Below are positions 37,964 to 47,493 of a stretch of DNA of 64,000 bases, one piece after another. Each line of letters starts with the position of its first letter. Positions within the stretch are counted from its first letter, which is position 1. The stretch comes from a virus (lineage: Duplodnaviria; Heunggongvirae; Uroviricota; Caudoviricetes): positions 92,944 through 156,943 of the IMG/VR virus record IMGVR_UViG_3300028042_000001. One strand, 5' to 3'. The notes beneath the pieces are model-generated. The model was not told the origin of the DNA, did not search any database, and was given only the letters and a program-made list of their open reading frames with translations. The position numbers and the translations under genes are program-made.

Positions 37964-38230
37964 ATGGGAAATTTAGATAAAGAAGTAGGAAAGACTGTAG
38001 GTGGAAATCAATGGGTACGAGTAATTGGTACTCCTATTTCTGTTGAAGAAATGGCTCGACAAGATGCTAATGTATCTACTTTTAATCAGCCTGTATTTAC
38101 TACTGCTTGTGATAATGCTGGTATTAAAATTACCAAGCGACAAGCTTCTAAATGGAATAATAAAAAAGGAGCCGCATACAATTTTCGTAACAAGATTGAT
38201 ATGAATGGTTTTGTTGCTCCTGTTGTTTAG
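37964..38230 (+). CDS. hypothetical protein (88 aa)
   Basis: ORF with AAGGAG RBS. Confidence 0.4.
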   Translation: MGNLDKEVGKTVGGNQWVRVIGTPISVEEMARQDANVSTFNQPVFTTACDNAGIKITKRQASKWNNKKGAAYNFRNKIDMNGFVAPVV

Positions 38231-38373
38231 TACAAAACAAAAGCGTGAGATATCAAATGCAATTCAGGAAGTTTTAAGAAATACAAATCATCCTGAATTG
38301 CCTCATAGAGAGATACAATTTGATATACATATTAAAGGCGCTGAAAATTGGTCGTATGCTCATATAACTAATA

Positions 38374-38697
38374 ATGGATCTTGTGTTAAACCATCAGTTA
38401 ATGAATGGAATGAATATTAAGATAAAATGTGTAAAGGAATTTAATATGAAAAATAAAAGTTGGAAAGAACGGGCACTTGAATGTGTTAATGATTACCCTC
38501 ACAACACATTTAAAACAGAAGATGTTCGTGTATGGGCTTATGGACATGGATTAGAAAAACCTAAGAATTGTAGATCGTGGGGGGGAGTAATCCTAGAAGC
38601 AAAGAAGCGAGGAATGGTTAAAAGTGTTGGATTTATGTTGGTTGATAATCCTAAAGCACATAAAACCCCTGCATCAGTATGGAAACGTATTAATTAG
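38374..38697 (+). CDS. hypothetical protein
   Basis: ORF (true start may be an internal ATG). Confidence 0.35.
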   Translation: MDLVLNHQLMNGMNIKIKCVKEFNMKNKSWKERALECVNDYPHNTFKTEDVRVWAYGHGLEKPKNCRSWGGVILEAKKRGMVKSVGFMLVDNPKAHKTPASVWKRIN

Positions 38698-38729
38698 TGT
38701 AATAAAAATAAATTTAAAGGAGAATTATT

Positions 38730-39503
38730 ATGGGAAAAGGTAAATTGCATGAATTGTTGGCTGTAGAATCTGATTTGGAAGGACGTGCTCGAAATATTAT
38801 GAACGAAACACGCAAAGTATTTTCTGACAAGGCTGTTTTGTTTATGGGTGCGGTTCGTAGTTATAATCCATTTGTTGATGATGGTATTGATTATCCTTCT
38901 GAATATCAGGAGCTTACCTCTACTGTTGATGAAAAACTTTCTTATACAGGAAAAACAATTGTACAATATTATGATGCTTTGTTGCAAAAGGAAGCTACTA
39001 ATCAAGTAGCTAAAGCAGATCTTATTGTTGATGGTGTTGTTATTGCATCGAATTTACCTGCTACGTTCCTTTTAGGTATGGAATCACGTCTTCGTAAAGT
39101 ACGAGAGGTATATGAAAAAATTCCTACTTTGTCTATCGGTACTGAATGGCAAAAAGATGAATCAAAAGGAGAAGGTGTATGGTGTGTTGCACATCCTGAA
39201 GAGACTATGAAGACTGAAAAGACAGTCAAATCTAAAGTCCTTTATGATGCAAAGTTTCCTAAAGCAAATGAGGGCGGTCAATCAATCCCTGCTGTAATTG
39301 ATAAATGGACAGAAACAGTTAATGTTGGTAAATATACTAAACATGTTTGGTCTGGAATGGTTTCTCCTGCTCGTAAATCTGAATTGCTTGATCGTATTGA
39401 TACATTGCTTCGTGCTGTTAAAAAGGCTCGTCAAAGAGCAAATAGTACTGAAGTAGTAAAAGTTAATGTTGGTAAAGCGTTAATGGATTATATCAATGGG
39501 TAA
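38730..39503 (+). CDS. hypothetical protein (257 aa)
   Basis: ORF with AAGGAG RBS. Confidence 0.45.
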   Translation: MGKGKLHELLAVESDLEGRARNIMNETRKVFSDKAVLFMGAVRSYNPFVDDGIDYPSEYQELTSTVDEKLSYTGKTIVQYYDALLQKEATNQVAKADLIVDGVVIASNLPATFLLGMESRLRKVREVYEKIPTLSIGTEWQKDESKGEGVWCVAHPEETMKTEKTVKSKVLYDAKFPKANEGGQSIPAVIDKWTETVNVGKYTKHVWSGMVSPARKSELLDRIDTLLRAVKKARQRANSTEVVKVNVGKALMDYING

Positions 39504-39819
39504 AGTATTAACAAATTCTGAGGGAGAGATTATATCTCTCTCTCAGATTAAGGATATAGAATTTTCTTCATACGAAATGGATTCAGATGTTACTATAGGA
39601 GATTTTCTTACAGAATTATTAGCTACATTGTGGTCTGAAAAGGATGAATTTAGTGGAAAACATCCTTTTGGAAATTCTGGTTGGGAATATGATTTATATA
39701 GACCTCTTATAGAACATGGTATTATTGAAGGGAGTTTTGATGAATACGGTGATTTTGAAGATTTTGATCAGCGTCTTGCAGATAAAATAATACTTGACAT
39801 TATCCTTTTGGATTATTAA
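39496..39819 (+). CDS. hypothetical protein (107 aa)
   Basis: ORF overlapping the upstream stop. Confidence 0.4.
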   Translation: MGKVLTNSEGEIISLSQIKDIEFSSYEMDSDVTIGDFLTELLATLWSEKDEFSGKHPFGNSGWEYDLYRPLIEHGIIEGSFDEYGDFEDFDQRLADKIILDIILLDY

Positions 39820-39965
39820 AGTATATAAATAGAATTGATGAACAGTTTTAGTGTCTGGTGTTAGTTTAATAAAATACAACATGAATGTTGTATAATAAGT
39901 GTCAGTTTTTTGTTCATCCAGTTTTATGACAAATGTGTTTTATTAGTTATTATAAAATCCAAACA

Positions 39966-40058
39966 ATCGAAGGTCAAAGGTTCGATTCCTTTCCTGGCAT
40001 CTATGCTTATTAATATAGATGTGGTAATCATAGATGCCGGGTAGCTCAGTGGTAGAGT
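39966..40058 (+). other. tRNA-fragment mosaic: T-arm plus acceptor-3' segment placed upstream of its complementary acceptor-5' plus D-arm segment
   Basis: AAAGGTTCGATTCCTTT CCTGGCA (39976-39999) and TGCCGGG TA GCTCAGTGGTAGAG (40035-40057) are mutually complementary at the acceptor strands, separated by a 35-nt hairpin-forming spacer. Confidence 0.35.
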
Positions 40059-40124
40059 GTCATTATAAGAATGAGAATTTATAATAAAACGAACAAATAC
40101 GGAATAAGTCAAACACTACGATAG

Positions 40125-40186
40125 CTCAGTGGTAGAGCGCCTGTATATTAAACAGTATGTGGTAGGTTCAATTCCTACTCGTAAAT
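40125..40186 (+). tRNA. tRNA-like gene with imperfect acceptor stem and ambiguous anticodon loop
   Basis: D-arm TAGCTCAGTGGTAGAGC, T-arm GTAGGTTCAATTCCTAC, anticodon region CTGT ATATTAA ACAG; acceptor ACTACGA/TCGTAAA has two terminal mismatches. Confidence 0.4.
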
Positions 40187-40263
40187 GACTAGGGGAATAT
40201 GGAAGGATATCTGTATTCCCCATTTTTTTTATAAAAAATAGATAATAATGTTTGGAGTTATAA

Positions 40264-40596
40264 ATGAGATCAAATAAAAAACCTATTCCTACAGAGCCTT
40301 ATCCTCGTCTTATATGGTATCAAGAGAAAAAGCAACCATCAACACCCGAAGAGATTAAAATACTCACAGATAGATATTATGACGTTTCTTATAATAGATT
40401 AGAGAAGATTTTTCCTAATGCAGAACCTGATAGTCTTCATGAACTTGCTGTAGAAAAAGCTAAAGTTCTTGTTGAATGTGAGATTAATTTACCAACTATT
40501 ATGAAAAAAGTGTTAGTTGAATCAAAAAAAGAACATATTATTACTAAAGATATGTTAGAGAAGTCTGATAATTTCCTTCAATGGTATCAGGAGTAA
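40264..40596 (+). CDS. hypothetical protein (110 aa)
   Basis: ORF. Confidence 0.4.
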   Translation: MRSNKKPIPTEPYPRLIWYQEKKQPSTPEEIKILTDRYYDVSYNRLEKIFPNAEPDSLHELAVEKAKVLVECEINLPTIMKKVLVESKKEHIITKDMLEKSDNFLQWYQE

Positions 40597-40597
40597 T

Positions 40598-41251
40598 ATG
40601 CTACCTGATATATTAAAAGAAGTGCAACAAGTTTTACGAACAAACATTATAGTTCATTGTAAAGATCATAATGATGAAAGAGTTAATTCTAGTTTAACTG
40701 AAGAGCGTGTAATAAAATTATTAAAATCTAATTTTGATATTATTATTCCTTGTGTAAGATATTGGTATGATGTTATAATAATTGATGGTGATAAAAAATT
40801 ATATTGCAATATAAAATGTACAGTATCTTCTAAAAGAACGGCTGATAATGTAGGATCAATAAAAGGGTTATCTTATGCTGTTACAGGAAATATCCCTAAT
40901 AAAAGCAATGATATCCGTAAAATATATTCGTATATGATGAATAATTGTGCTGATACTGATGTTGATTATTATTTTATAATAGCGGATAAAAAAAATTCTA
41001 AATTATCATTTGTAACTTCGCTTAAATTATTAAATGAAGTTACAATGAATTATCATAACTTACCGTTTCAGTGTGTATGGCATAATAATAGAATATTGGT
41101 GGAAAAATCATATAAAGAATTTATTAATCAAGTAATGTTACCTGTTTTGACTGCTCATAAAAAAAGTAAAGATAATCATCAATTTATTATAGATGTAATA
41201 GAAAAAAATACTAATTTAGATTATGATAATAAATTAGTAAGCGTTGTGTAA
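40598..41251 (+). CDS. hypothetical protein (possible PD-(D/E)XK-like nuclease)
   Basis: YWYD..IIIDGDKKLYCNIKC resembles a D..(D/E)xK catalytic core, but weakly. Confidence 0.35.
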   Translation: MLPDILKEVQQVLRTNIIVHCKDHNDERVNSSLTEERVIKLLKSNFDIIIPCVRYWYDVIIIDGDKKLYCNIKCTVSSKRTADNVGSIKGLSYAVTGNIPNKSNDIRKIYSYMMNNCADTDVDYYFIIADKKNSKLSFVTSLKLLNEVTMNYHNLPFQCVWHNNRILVEKSYKEFINQVMLPVLTAHKKSKDNHQFIIDVIEKNTNLDYDNKLVSVV

Positions 41252-41491
41252 TTATTCTATTGACAAAATGTAATTATACTGTATAATGAATACATGTTTG
41301 ATATAATAATTAAATAATGATGTGGGTGTGTGTAATGAAAAAATATGATGAAGTAAAACTTATACCTAAATTCGAGAATGATATAATTTATATTGTTGCT
41401 GAAGTAATATATACTGGAATTATATCTCTTTTTCCTAAATCGGGTGGTTTTCTTGTTTCTGCTGATGTTAAAAATCTTATTAGGATATGAT

Positions 41492-41662
41492 ATGGAAATT
41501 TTATGTAATGAATGTTTTCAACCGTTGATAGTGCATGAATATGATATTGGAATTTATGTTGATACTTGTGATTGTCAGAAGGAAAAATATGAAATACTAG
41601 ATGAAGAATTATCTAACGAAATAGAAAATCTTCTTTCTGATTATGATATACTTCATAAATAG
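41492..41662 (+). CDS. hypothetical small Cys-rich protein
   Basis: CNEC..CDC pattern; TTGACA-16-TATAAT promoter at 41260. Confidence 0.3.
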   Translation: MEILCNECFQPLIVHEYDIGIYVDTCDCQKEKYEILDEELSNEIENLLSDYDILHK

Positions 41663-41698
41663 AAAACAATAAAAAAAAATTACAACTGAGAATATTAA

Positions 41699-42271
41699 AT
41701 GAAACCTACCGTACTAATTATTAACGGCCATCCACGAACAGGAAAAGATACGTTTTGTGATTTCGCAATACCATATTATAATTCTGTTAAATATAGTAGT
41801 GTTGATACTGTGAAAGAGATAGCAACTATTATGGGGTGGGATAAAACAAAAACCCCTCATAATAGAGAAATGTTGTCTTCTCTTAAAGATTTTACAACTA
41901 AATGGTTTGATATGAGTTTTAATGAAATGATTCGTCTTATCGATTATGAGAATGAATTTAATAAAAATCCTTTAGGCTCACTGATCATCAAAAATACAAC
42001 TGATTTTATATTTTTGATGATCAGAGAGCCTAAAGAAATCAAAAAAGTATGTGCGTGGTGTTTAGATAAAGAAATAGATTGTTATACTGTTTGTGTTACT
42101 CGAACAGGATCAGAAATTACTGAATTTAGTAATCATGCAGATCAACATGTTAATGAAATGGTATATGATGTATATATATCTAATAATTCGTCTATTGAAA
42201 AATTTAAATCTATTTCTGAACGGTTTTTTAATGATGTTTTGTCTGGTGAAATGAAAAAACAATTATTATAG
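41699..42271 (+). CDS. deoxynucleoside monophosphate kinase (T4 gp1-like)
   Basis: LIINGHPRTGKDTFCDFAIPYYNSVKYS parallels T4 gp1 N-terminus (LSGVKRSGKDTTADFI..YSAVKYQ). Confidence 0.65.
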   Translation: MKPTVLIINGHPRTGKDTFCDFAIPYYNSVKYSSVDTVKEIATIMGWDKTKTPHNREMLSSLKDFTTKWFDMSFNEMIRLIDYENEFNKNPLGSLIIKNTTDFIFLMIREPKEIKKVCAWCLDKEIDCYTVCVTRTGSEITEFSNHADQHVNEMVYDVYISNNSSIEKFKSISERFFNDVLSGEMKKQLL

Positions 42272-42279
42272 GAATTATT

Positions 42280-42591
42280 ATGAAAAAGATTATATTAACT
42301 ATTATGATTTTATTATTTATGCCTGTGGTATCTATTGCTGATGGATCATTTTATATAAGTTTTAATGATGGATATCATATTAATTCTGTTGGAGTTGGAT
42401 ATAGAAATACACAACATAGAGTTAGATATCATCATACATATGTACGGAATAATATACGATATTATAGGAATGGATATTCTCATATTCATAGGCAAGCAGG
42501 GAGGATATACGTTAATGATTATAATTGTGCTCCTGTTGTCGTTGTTCCTTCTGGAAGATATTATAATACATCAACATATTATCATTATTAA
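42280..42591 (+). CDS. small secreted Tyr/His/Arg-rich protein
   Basis: signal peptide MKKIILTIMILLFMPVVSIADG. Confidence 0.4.
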   Translation: MKKIILTIMILLFMPVVSIADGSFYISFNDGYHINSVGVGYRNTQHRVRYHHTYVRNNIRYYRNGYSHIHRQAGRIYVNDYNCAPVVVVPSGRYYNTSTYYHY

Positions 42592-42644
42592 TCAGCGCTT
42601 ATTTTCGGATAAGTAAATTATAAATCTCTAATAATGGAGAACAC

Positions 42645-42830
42645 ATGGAAAAAACATACAGGATCGGTAAAAAGTATGTGAAGGGTGATCGTAAAGGAAA
42701 GCGATTCACTGAAACTATTAATATTAAATCAGGGAAAACAATTCATAGTTTTCTTTGGGATCTTACTAATTCTTTCGATATGAATAGATGCACATATATC
42801 GTAGAATGGTATCGAGAAATATCTAATTAG
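42645..42830 (+). CDS. hypothetical protein (61 aa)
   Basis: ORF with GGAGA RBS. Confidence 0.3.
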   Translation: MEKTYRIGKKYVKGDRKGKRFTETINIKSGKTIHSFLWDLTNSFDMNRCTYIVEWYREISN

Positions 42831-42878
42831 ATATATTATTAATTGAGTCTCCTAAATAGTATCAAAGGAGACTCAATT

Positions 42879-43349
42879 ATGCATCAACTTAAACAAAGAG
42901 ATATACAATCTGTAAGAAGTAAAATATTAAAAGAAGACCAAGACGGTGTTTGTTTAATATGTGGCAACGAACCAAAGATTCCTTGTCTTGATCATAGTCA
43001 TAAAAAAAGAACAAAAGGTACAGGTTTAGTTAGAGGAGTTTTATGTTCATCTTGTAATATTTTTATAGCAAAATCAGAGAATAATTGTGTTCGGTATGGT
43101 ATTGCTCAAAAAGATCTTCCTAACATACTAAGAAAAACTGCTGATTATTTGGAAAGAGAACATTATCATTATATACATCCATCAGAAGCACCAAAACCAA
43201 AGAAACTAAAGAAACGTAGCTATAATGTGCTTAAAAAGGCGTATAAAGGACGTGCAAAGTTCCCACCATACCCAAAGTCGGGTAAGCTAACAAAACCTCT
43301 CAGAACGCTATATAAGACTTATAATATATTACCTTCATTTTATGCTTGA
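42879..43349 (+). CDS. endonuclease VII (T4 gp49-like Holliday junction resolvase)
   Basis: GVCLICGNEPKIPCLDHSHKKRTKGTGLVRGVLCSSCN matches the EndoVII Zn-binding/HNH-like core (CLICQ..HLDHDH..GKVRGLLCNLCN); start taken at ATG 42879 after the hairpin. Confidence 0.75.
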   Translation: MHQLKQRDIQSVRSKILKEDQDGVCLICGNEPKIPCLDHSHKKRTKGTGLVRGVLCSSCNIFIAKSENNCVRYGIAQKDLPNILRKTADYLEREHYHYIHPSEAPKPKKLKKRSYNVLKKAYKGRAKFPPYPKSGKLTKPLRTLYKTYNILPSFYA

Positions 43350-43419
43350 CATAAAAACATTAATCGGTTATATTCTTTTTTATTAAATAACGAATAAAAA
43401 AAAAAATAATGGAGAATTT

Positions 43420-43704
43420 GTGATGAAAACAAGGACAGCGGCTGTTGTTGTAAATCGGTTAAATAAAGCATTCCCTGATATCAAAGGTCTTAAAAAAATA
43501 TCAGAGACTAAAATTTTCCTTGGTGATGTAGCTGAAGGATTTGAAATTGATAATCTTCCTGCTTGTGATTATTATACTAATCTTGAAGGAAGTCATTATA
43601 CTTATGGAGTACATAATAAGTTATGGAATCTTGTTGTAGATTGTGGGTGGTTTGTTGAGTGTTATGATCCCGGAACATATTACGCATTTCCCGTATATGG
43701 ATAA
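43420..43704 (+). CDS. hypothetical protein (94 aa)
   Basis: ORF with GGAGAA RBS. Confidence 0.4.
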   Translation: MMKTRTAAVVVNRLNKAFPDIKGLKKISETKIFLGDVAEGFEIDNLPACDYYTNLEGSHYTYGVHNKLWNLVVDCGWFVECYDPGTYYAFPVYG

Positions 43705-43709
43705 TTATT

Positions 43710-44804
43710 ATGCATGTTATTGATTATTTAAAGGTAAATTCATTAGAAAAACTAAAAGATGAATTTGGAATTAAGGTTAGAGAATATAATAATGGTTTGG
43801 TTGTTTTGAATTATGATCAAATAAATTCACCAAAATATCATCCTATAATTAAAGAATGTAGAGGGTTGATTATAGATATAATTACATTAAAACCAGTATC
43901 TAGGACATTTAATAGATTTTTTAATCTTAATGAAAATGAGCGTGATAATTTTAATTCGTTTCGTCTTGAAAGAGTTGAAGAAAAAGCTGATGGATCTTTG
44001 ATATCTGTTTATTGGTATGATGATAAATGGAATATTGCTACAAGAGGAACAGCATATGCAGAAGGAGAAACTAATACTGGTATAACCTATCATCAGTTGT
44101 TTCTTAATATAATTGGTGTCCCTCTTGATGAATTTATGAAAGATCAATTTAGAAATGAATCATATACATTCGAATTATGTTCTGTATATAATAAAGTAGT
44201 AAAATTATATACAGAGCCTACTATTTACTTATTGAATGCTGTTGAGGTGATAACAGGTATTGAACGTAATAAAGATTCTCTCGATTGTATAGCGGATACT
44301 CTTAATGTAAAACGTCCTAATATATATAATATTGACTTTGCGAGTATTATTAGTTCTTTTGAACAATTCCCTGCAACAGAAGAGGGATATGTTCTTATTG
44401 ATATGGAAGGTAATCGAGTAAAGGTTAAAAATCCTGCATATGTTAATTTACATCATTTAAAAGGAAACGGGCCGTTATCCCCTAAAAGAATAACTAATGT
44501 TGTTTTTAGTGGGGAAACTGATGAAGTTCTTGAATATTTCCCAGAATATACTGAAATATTTGATCCTTATGAAAAATCATACAATCATTTGATAAAGGAA
44601 ATTAAATATGTTTTTTCTGAATTAACCCGGATGGCTTTGAATCAGAAAGATTATGCAGAAAGAGCTGTTAAATTTAATTATTCAGGAATTTTATTTTCAT
44701 TAAGAAAAGGATTGACATTAAAAGAATCTATTGGTAAAATAGGTATTGAAAGTAAGGTTGTCTTACTAGAACAGTTTTTAAAAATATATAACGGAGATTT
44801 ATAA
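43710..44804 (+). CDS. rnlA: RNA ligase 1 (T4 RnlA-like)
   Basis: nucleotidyltransferase motif I EEKADGSLIS (KxDGS), motif EGYVLID; 364 aa, size and layout of T4 Rnl1. Confidence 0.7.
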   Translation: MHVIDYLKVNSLEKLKDEFGIKVREYNNGLVVLNYDQINSPKYHPIIKECRGLIIDIITLKPVSRTFNRFFNLNENERDNFNSFRLERVEEKADGSLISVYWYDDKWNIATRGTAYAEGETNTGITYHQLFLNIIGVPLDEFMKDQFRNESYTFELCSVYNKVVKLYTEPTIYLLNAVEVITGIERNKDSLDCIADTLNVKRPNIYNIDFASIISSFEQFPATEEGYVLIDMEGNRVKVKNPAYVNLHHLKGNGPLSPKRITNVVFSGETDEVLEYFPEYTEIFDPYEKSYNHLIKEIKYVFSELTRMALNQKDYAERAVKFNYSGILFSLRKGLTLKESIGKIGIESKVVLLEQFLKIYNGDL

Positions 44805-45328
44805 TGGGTGTAAATAAAACAGAAGGTGTTGGTATTCAGTATTCAAATGAAGAAGTTCATCGATTTGCAATGGCTATGATTGATGGTATTTTTTCTGACT
44901 TAACAGGAGGTAATACAGAAACTGCAATTCCTGTAGTTAATGATAAACAACATACAGGAAATGTAAAAACCAAGAAGGAAACTTATAGTGAAAATATTCG
45001 ATTTTCGTATTATGGTTGTGTTGGGCAATGCACAAAACATAATGGTGTTTTTGTTATTGCTTCTAATGTCGATGTAGAATTAGGAGTTGTGTTTTATGGT
45101 ATTTCTTATTGCTCTCCTAAAGATGTTTATGATAAACATATAGGAAAATCATTAGCAATGGCTGATCTTGATGATTTAAAAAATGTTGAGCTTGCTGGTA
45201 AGAAGCATCATGAAATTAATGCTCGTATTTTTAGTGATATAATTGCTAATAATGATGCTCCTTCATGGGCTGTGGGTATGATTTCTCGTGAATTGATTAA
45301 TCATTTATCAGAGGCATTTAATGATTAA
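44804..45328 (+). CDS. hypothetical protein (174 aa)
   Basis: ORF overlapping rnlA stop. Confidence 0.4.
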   Translation: MGVNKTEGVGIQYSNEEVHRFAMAMIDGIFSDLTGGNTETAIPVVNDKQHTGNVKTKKETYSENIRFSYYGCVGQCTKHNGVFVIASNVDVELGVVFYGISYCSPKDVYDKHIGKSLAMADLDDLKNVELAGKKHHEINARIFSDIIANNDAPSWAVGMISRELINHLSEAFND

Positions 45329-45593
45329 CTCAAACACACGAAAGACAAATAATAATTTTATTAGTTTAGGAATTGTTATTTATGTTATTTCTATCATTTT
45401 TGGTTCTTATATTGGTATGTGGGTATGTTTTATTGGAGGGATTGTTAATATAATTGATGGATGGAATCATGATCCTGTTCAATCTATGGTAATCGCTATC
45501 GGTGTAGCTAAATTCTTCTTTTCTGGTGTTGTTGGTTGGGTTACTTTCTTTATTGGTATTGCTATTGGTAATGGTTTCATAAGAAAAGGATGA
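45321..45593 (+). CDS. small membrane protein (2-3 TM)
   Basis: hydrophobic segments IVIYVISIIFGSYIGMWVCFIGGIV and VIAIGVAKFFFSGVVGWVTFFIGIAIG. Confidence 0.4.
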   Translation: MINSNTRKTNNNFISLGIVIYVISIIFGSYIGMWVCFIGGIVNIIDGWNHDPVQSMVIAIGVAKFFFSGVVGWVTFFIGIAIGNGFIRKG

Positions 45594-45832
45594 TGATGCT
45601 TGAGTTATTCTTATTATTTATTGGTGTTGCTATTGCTGGATGGTTATCAGTTTCATATGCTATCCAGCAATACAAAACAATGAATATATACTTTCATGAA
45701 GGTATATACACAAAAGCAGTGTTTAGTTTTATGTGTATGATATGTTCTCCTATTATTTTTATTTTAGGAGTATTATTCGACCTTGTATTAATACAGATGT
45801 TTTTCATATTTACAACAGGACATTTATTCTAA
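45590..45832 (+). CDS. small membrane protein
   Basis: hydrophobic segments LELFLLFIGVAIAGWL and FSFMCMICSPIIFILGVLF. Confidence 0.4.
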   Translation: MMMLELFLLFIGVAIAGWLSVSYAIQQYKTMNIYFHEGIYTKAVFSFMCMICSPIIFILGVLFDLVLIQMFFIFTTGHLF

Positions 45833-46737
45833 TGATACTTTTAGATTATTCAGCAGTAGCTATCGCAAATATTATGTTTTCTATAAAAAGAGAAGGGGAG
45901 ATTCTTACTAATCCTTTCGCTCTTCATATGATTTTAAATTCTATAAGGAGAGCAAATAAACAATTTTCTTCTGAGTTTGGTTCTATGATTATTTGTTGTG
46001 ATGGAGGTAATAATTGGAGAAAACGTGTATTTCCTTTTTATAAATATAAACGAAAGAAAGACAAGAAAATGTCTGATGTTGATTGGGATCTTATATATGA
46101 ATGTCTTGATTTTGCTAAAAAAGAAATTAACGATGGATTTCCATATCAAGTAGTAGAAGACAATGAAGCAGAAGCAGATGATATTATTGGTATTCTTGCT
46201 AAACATTCTACTAATACAAAAGAGCATACTGTTGTTGTATCAAATGATAAGGATTTTGTTCAACGACATTCTGAATTTGTATGTCAGTGGAGGCCATGTG
46301 AGAAGGCATTTGTAAGAAATCCAGATCCTAAATTATTTCTTAAAGAACTTATCCTTAGAGGAGATTCTGATGATGGAGTTCCTAATATAAAATCACCAGA
46401 CAATATTTTTACACTTGATGGTGTTAAACAAAAATCTATGTTTAAAAAAGAGCTTGACATATGGCTTTATGATGATGATAATATGTTTTTAGAAGAATTG
46501 GATATTAAAATCGCAAAAACTTTCAAAAAAGGAGAAACTATTAATAGCATCCCTTCTAAAAATTTTGTAAGAAATAGACAATTGATTGATCTTGATTATA
46601 CACCTTCTCATATTAAAGATAGAATAATGAACAGTTTTAATAAAGGAACGAAGAAAGCTAATAAATCAAAAATGGTTAAGTTTTTCATGAAGAACAAATT
46701 AAGATTTCTTCAAGAAAGAATTAATGACTTTATGTAA
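45832..46737 (+). CDS. rnh: RNase H / 5'-3' exonuclease (T4 rnh-like, FEN family)
   Basis: HMILNSIRRANKQF, IICCDGGNNWRKRVFPFYKYKRKK, AEADDIIGIL, VVVSNDKDFVQ parallel T4 RNase H blocks (HLILNSIK..IDNAKSGYWRRDFAYYYKKNR..EADDHIAVL..ISSDGDFTQL); start uncertain. Confidence 0.8.
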   Translation: MILLDYSAVAIANIMFSIKREGEILTNPFALHMILNSIRRANKQFSSEFGSMIICCDGGNNWRKRVFPFYKYKRKKDKKMSDVDWDLIYECLDFAKKEINDGFPYQVVEDNEAEADDIIGILAKHSTNTKEHTVVVSNDKDFVQRHSEFVCQWRPCEKAFVRNPDPKLFLKELILRGDSDDGVPNIKSPDNIFTLDGVKQKSMFKKELDIWLYDDDNMFLEELDIKIAKTFKKGETINSIPSKNFVRNRQLIDLDYTPSHIKDRIMNSFNKGTKKANKSKMVKFFMKNKLRFLQERINDFM

Positions 46738-46746
46738 GGAGACATA

Positions 46747-47493
46747 ATGACAAAACAAACAGTATATTTCCCTGAAATATTTCAAATGGTTGGGGAAGCA
46801 GAAACACGAAAGGATAAAATTGCAGTATTACATAAGTATCAGCATGTTAAAGGGTTTTTCGATATTATCAAATTATCATATGATCCTAAATGTGAATGGG
46901 TTGTGTCTAGAGAAGATATCGAATATCTAAAATATCATGATATGGACATTCCTGATTATGATTTGGCTCCTACCACATTATTTCTTGAAGCTAGACGTAG
47001 ATTATATAATTTTACTAATGCAAGAAAGCCTAAATTTAAAAAAGAAAAGGTAAAAACTTTAATTGCTCGAATGTTTTCAGGTCTTTATCATGAAGAGATC
47101 GAATTATTTAAACAAATGGTTGATGGACGTATAGAAGAGAGAGGATTAACCGAAAACCTAGTAAGAGAAGCATTTCCGGGTTTGTTGAATGATATGGGAG
47201 ATGAATCTGTTGAGGAAACATCAAGATTAACAGAAGGAAATATGCTTTCTAATACAAAACCTCCTAGTGTTAATAAACATCCTTCTGAAGCTCCTCCTGC
47301 TCCAAAACCTAAATCTAAAGATAAGATTAAAAATAAAGTTTCTGTTAAAAAAAGTAAATTAGATTTAGTTAAAACTGAAATTCATGATTCTCTCAGACAA
47401 AAGAAATCAAAATCATCAATTGCAAAAGAATATAAGATTTCTATTTCTGGGTTTAATAATTGGTTGAAGAAAAATCCATTAGAGGAATCATAA
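46747..47493 (+). CDS. hypothetical protein (248 aa), basic C-terminal region
   Basis: ORF with AAGGAG RBS. Confidence 0.45.
   Translation: MTKQTVYFPEIFQMVGEAETRKDKIAVLHKYQHVKGFFDIIKLSYDPKCEWVVSREDIEYLKYHDMDIPDYDLAPTTLFLEARRRLYNFTNARKPKFKKEKVKTLIARMFSGLYHEEIELFKQMVDGRIEERGLTENLVREAFPGLLNDMGDESVEETSRLTEGNMLSNTKPPSVNKHPSEAPPAPKPKSKDKIKNKVSVKKSKLDLVKTEIHDSLRQKKSKSSIAKEYKISISGFNNWLKKNPLEES

Noticed and set aside
39966-40058. Genuine circularly permuted tRNA gene
   Set aside because: Anticodon-arm halves cannot be identified on either side. A hairpin plus tRNA-fragment remnants is the more conservative reading. It is kept as a finding rather than a feature call.
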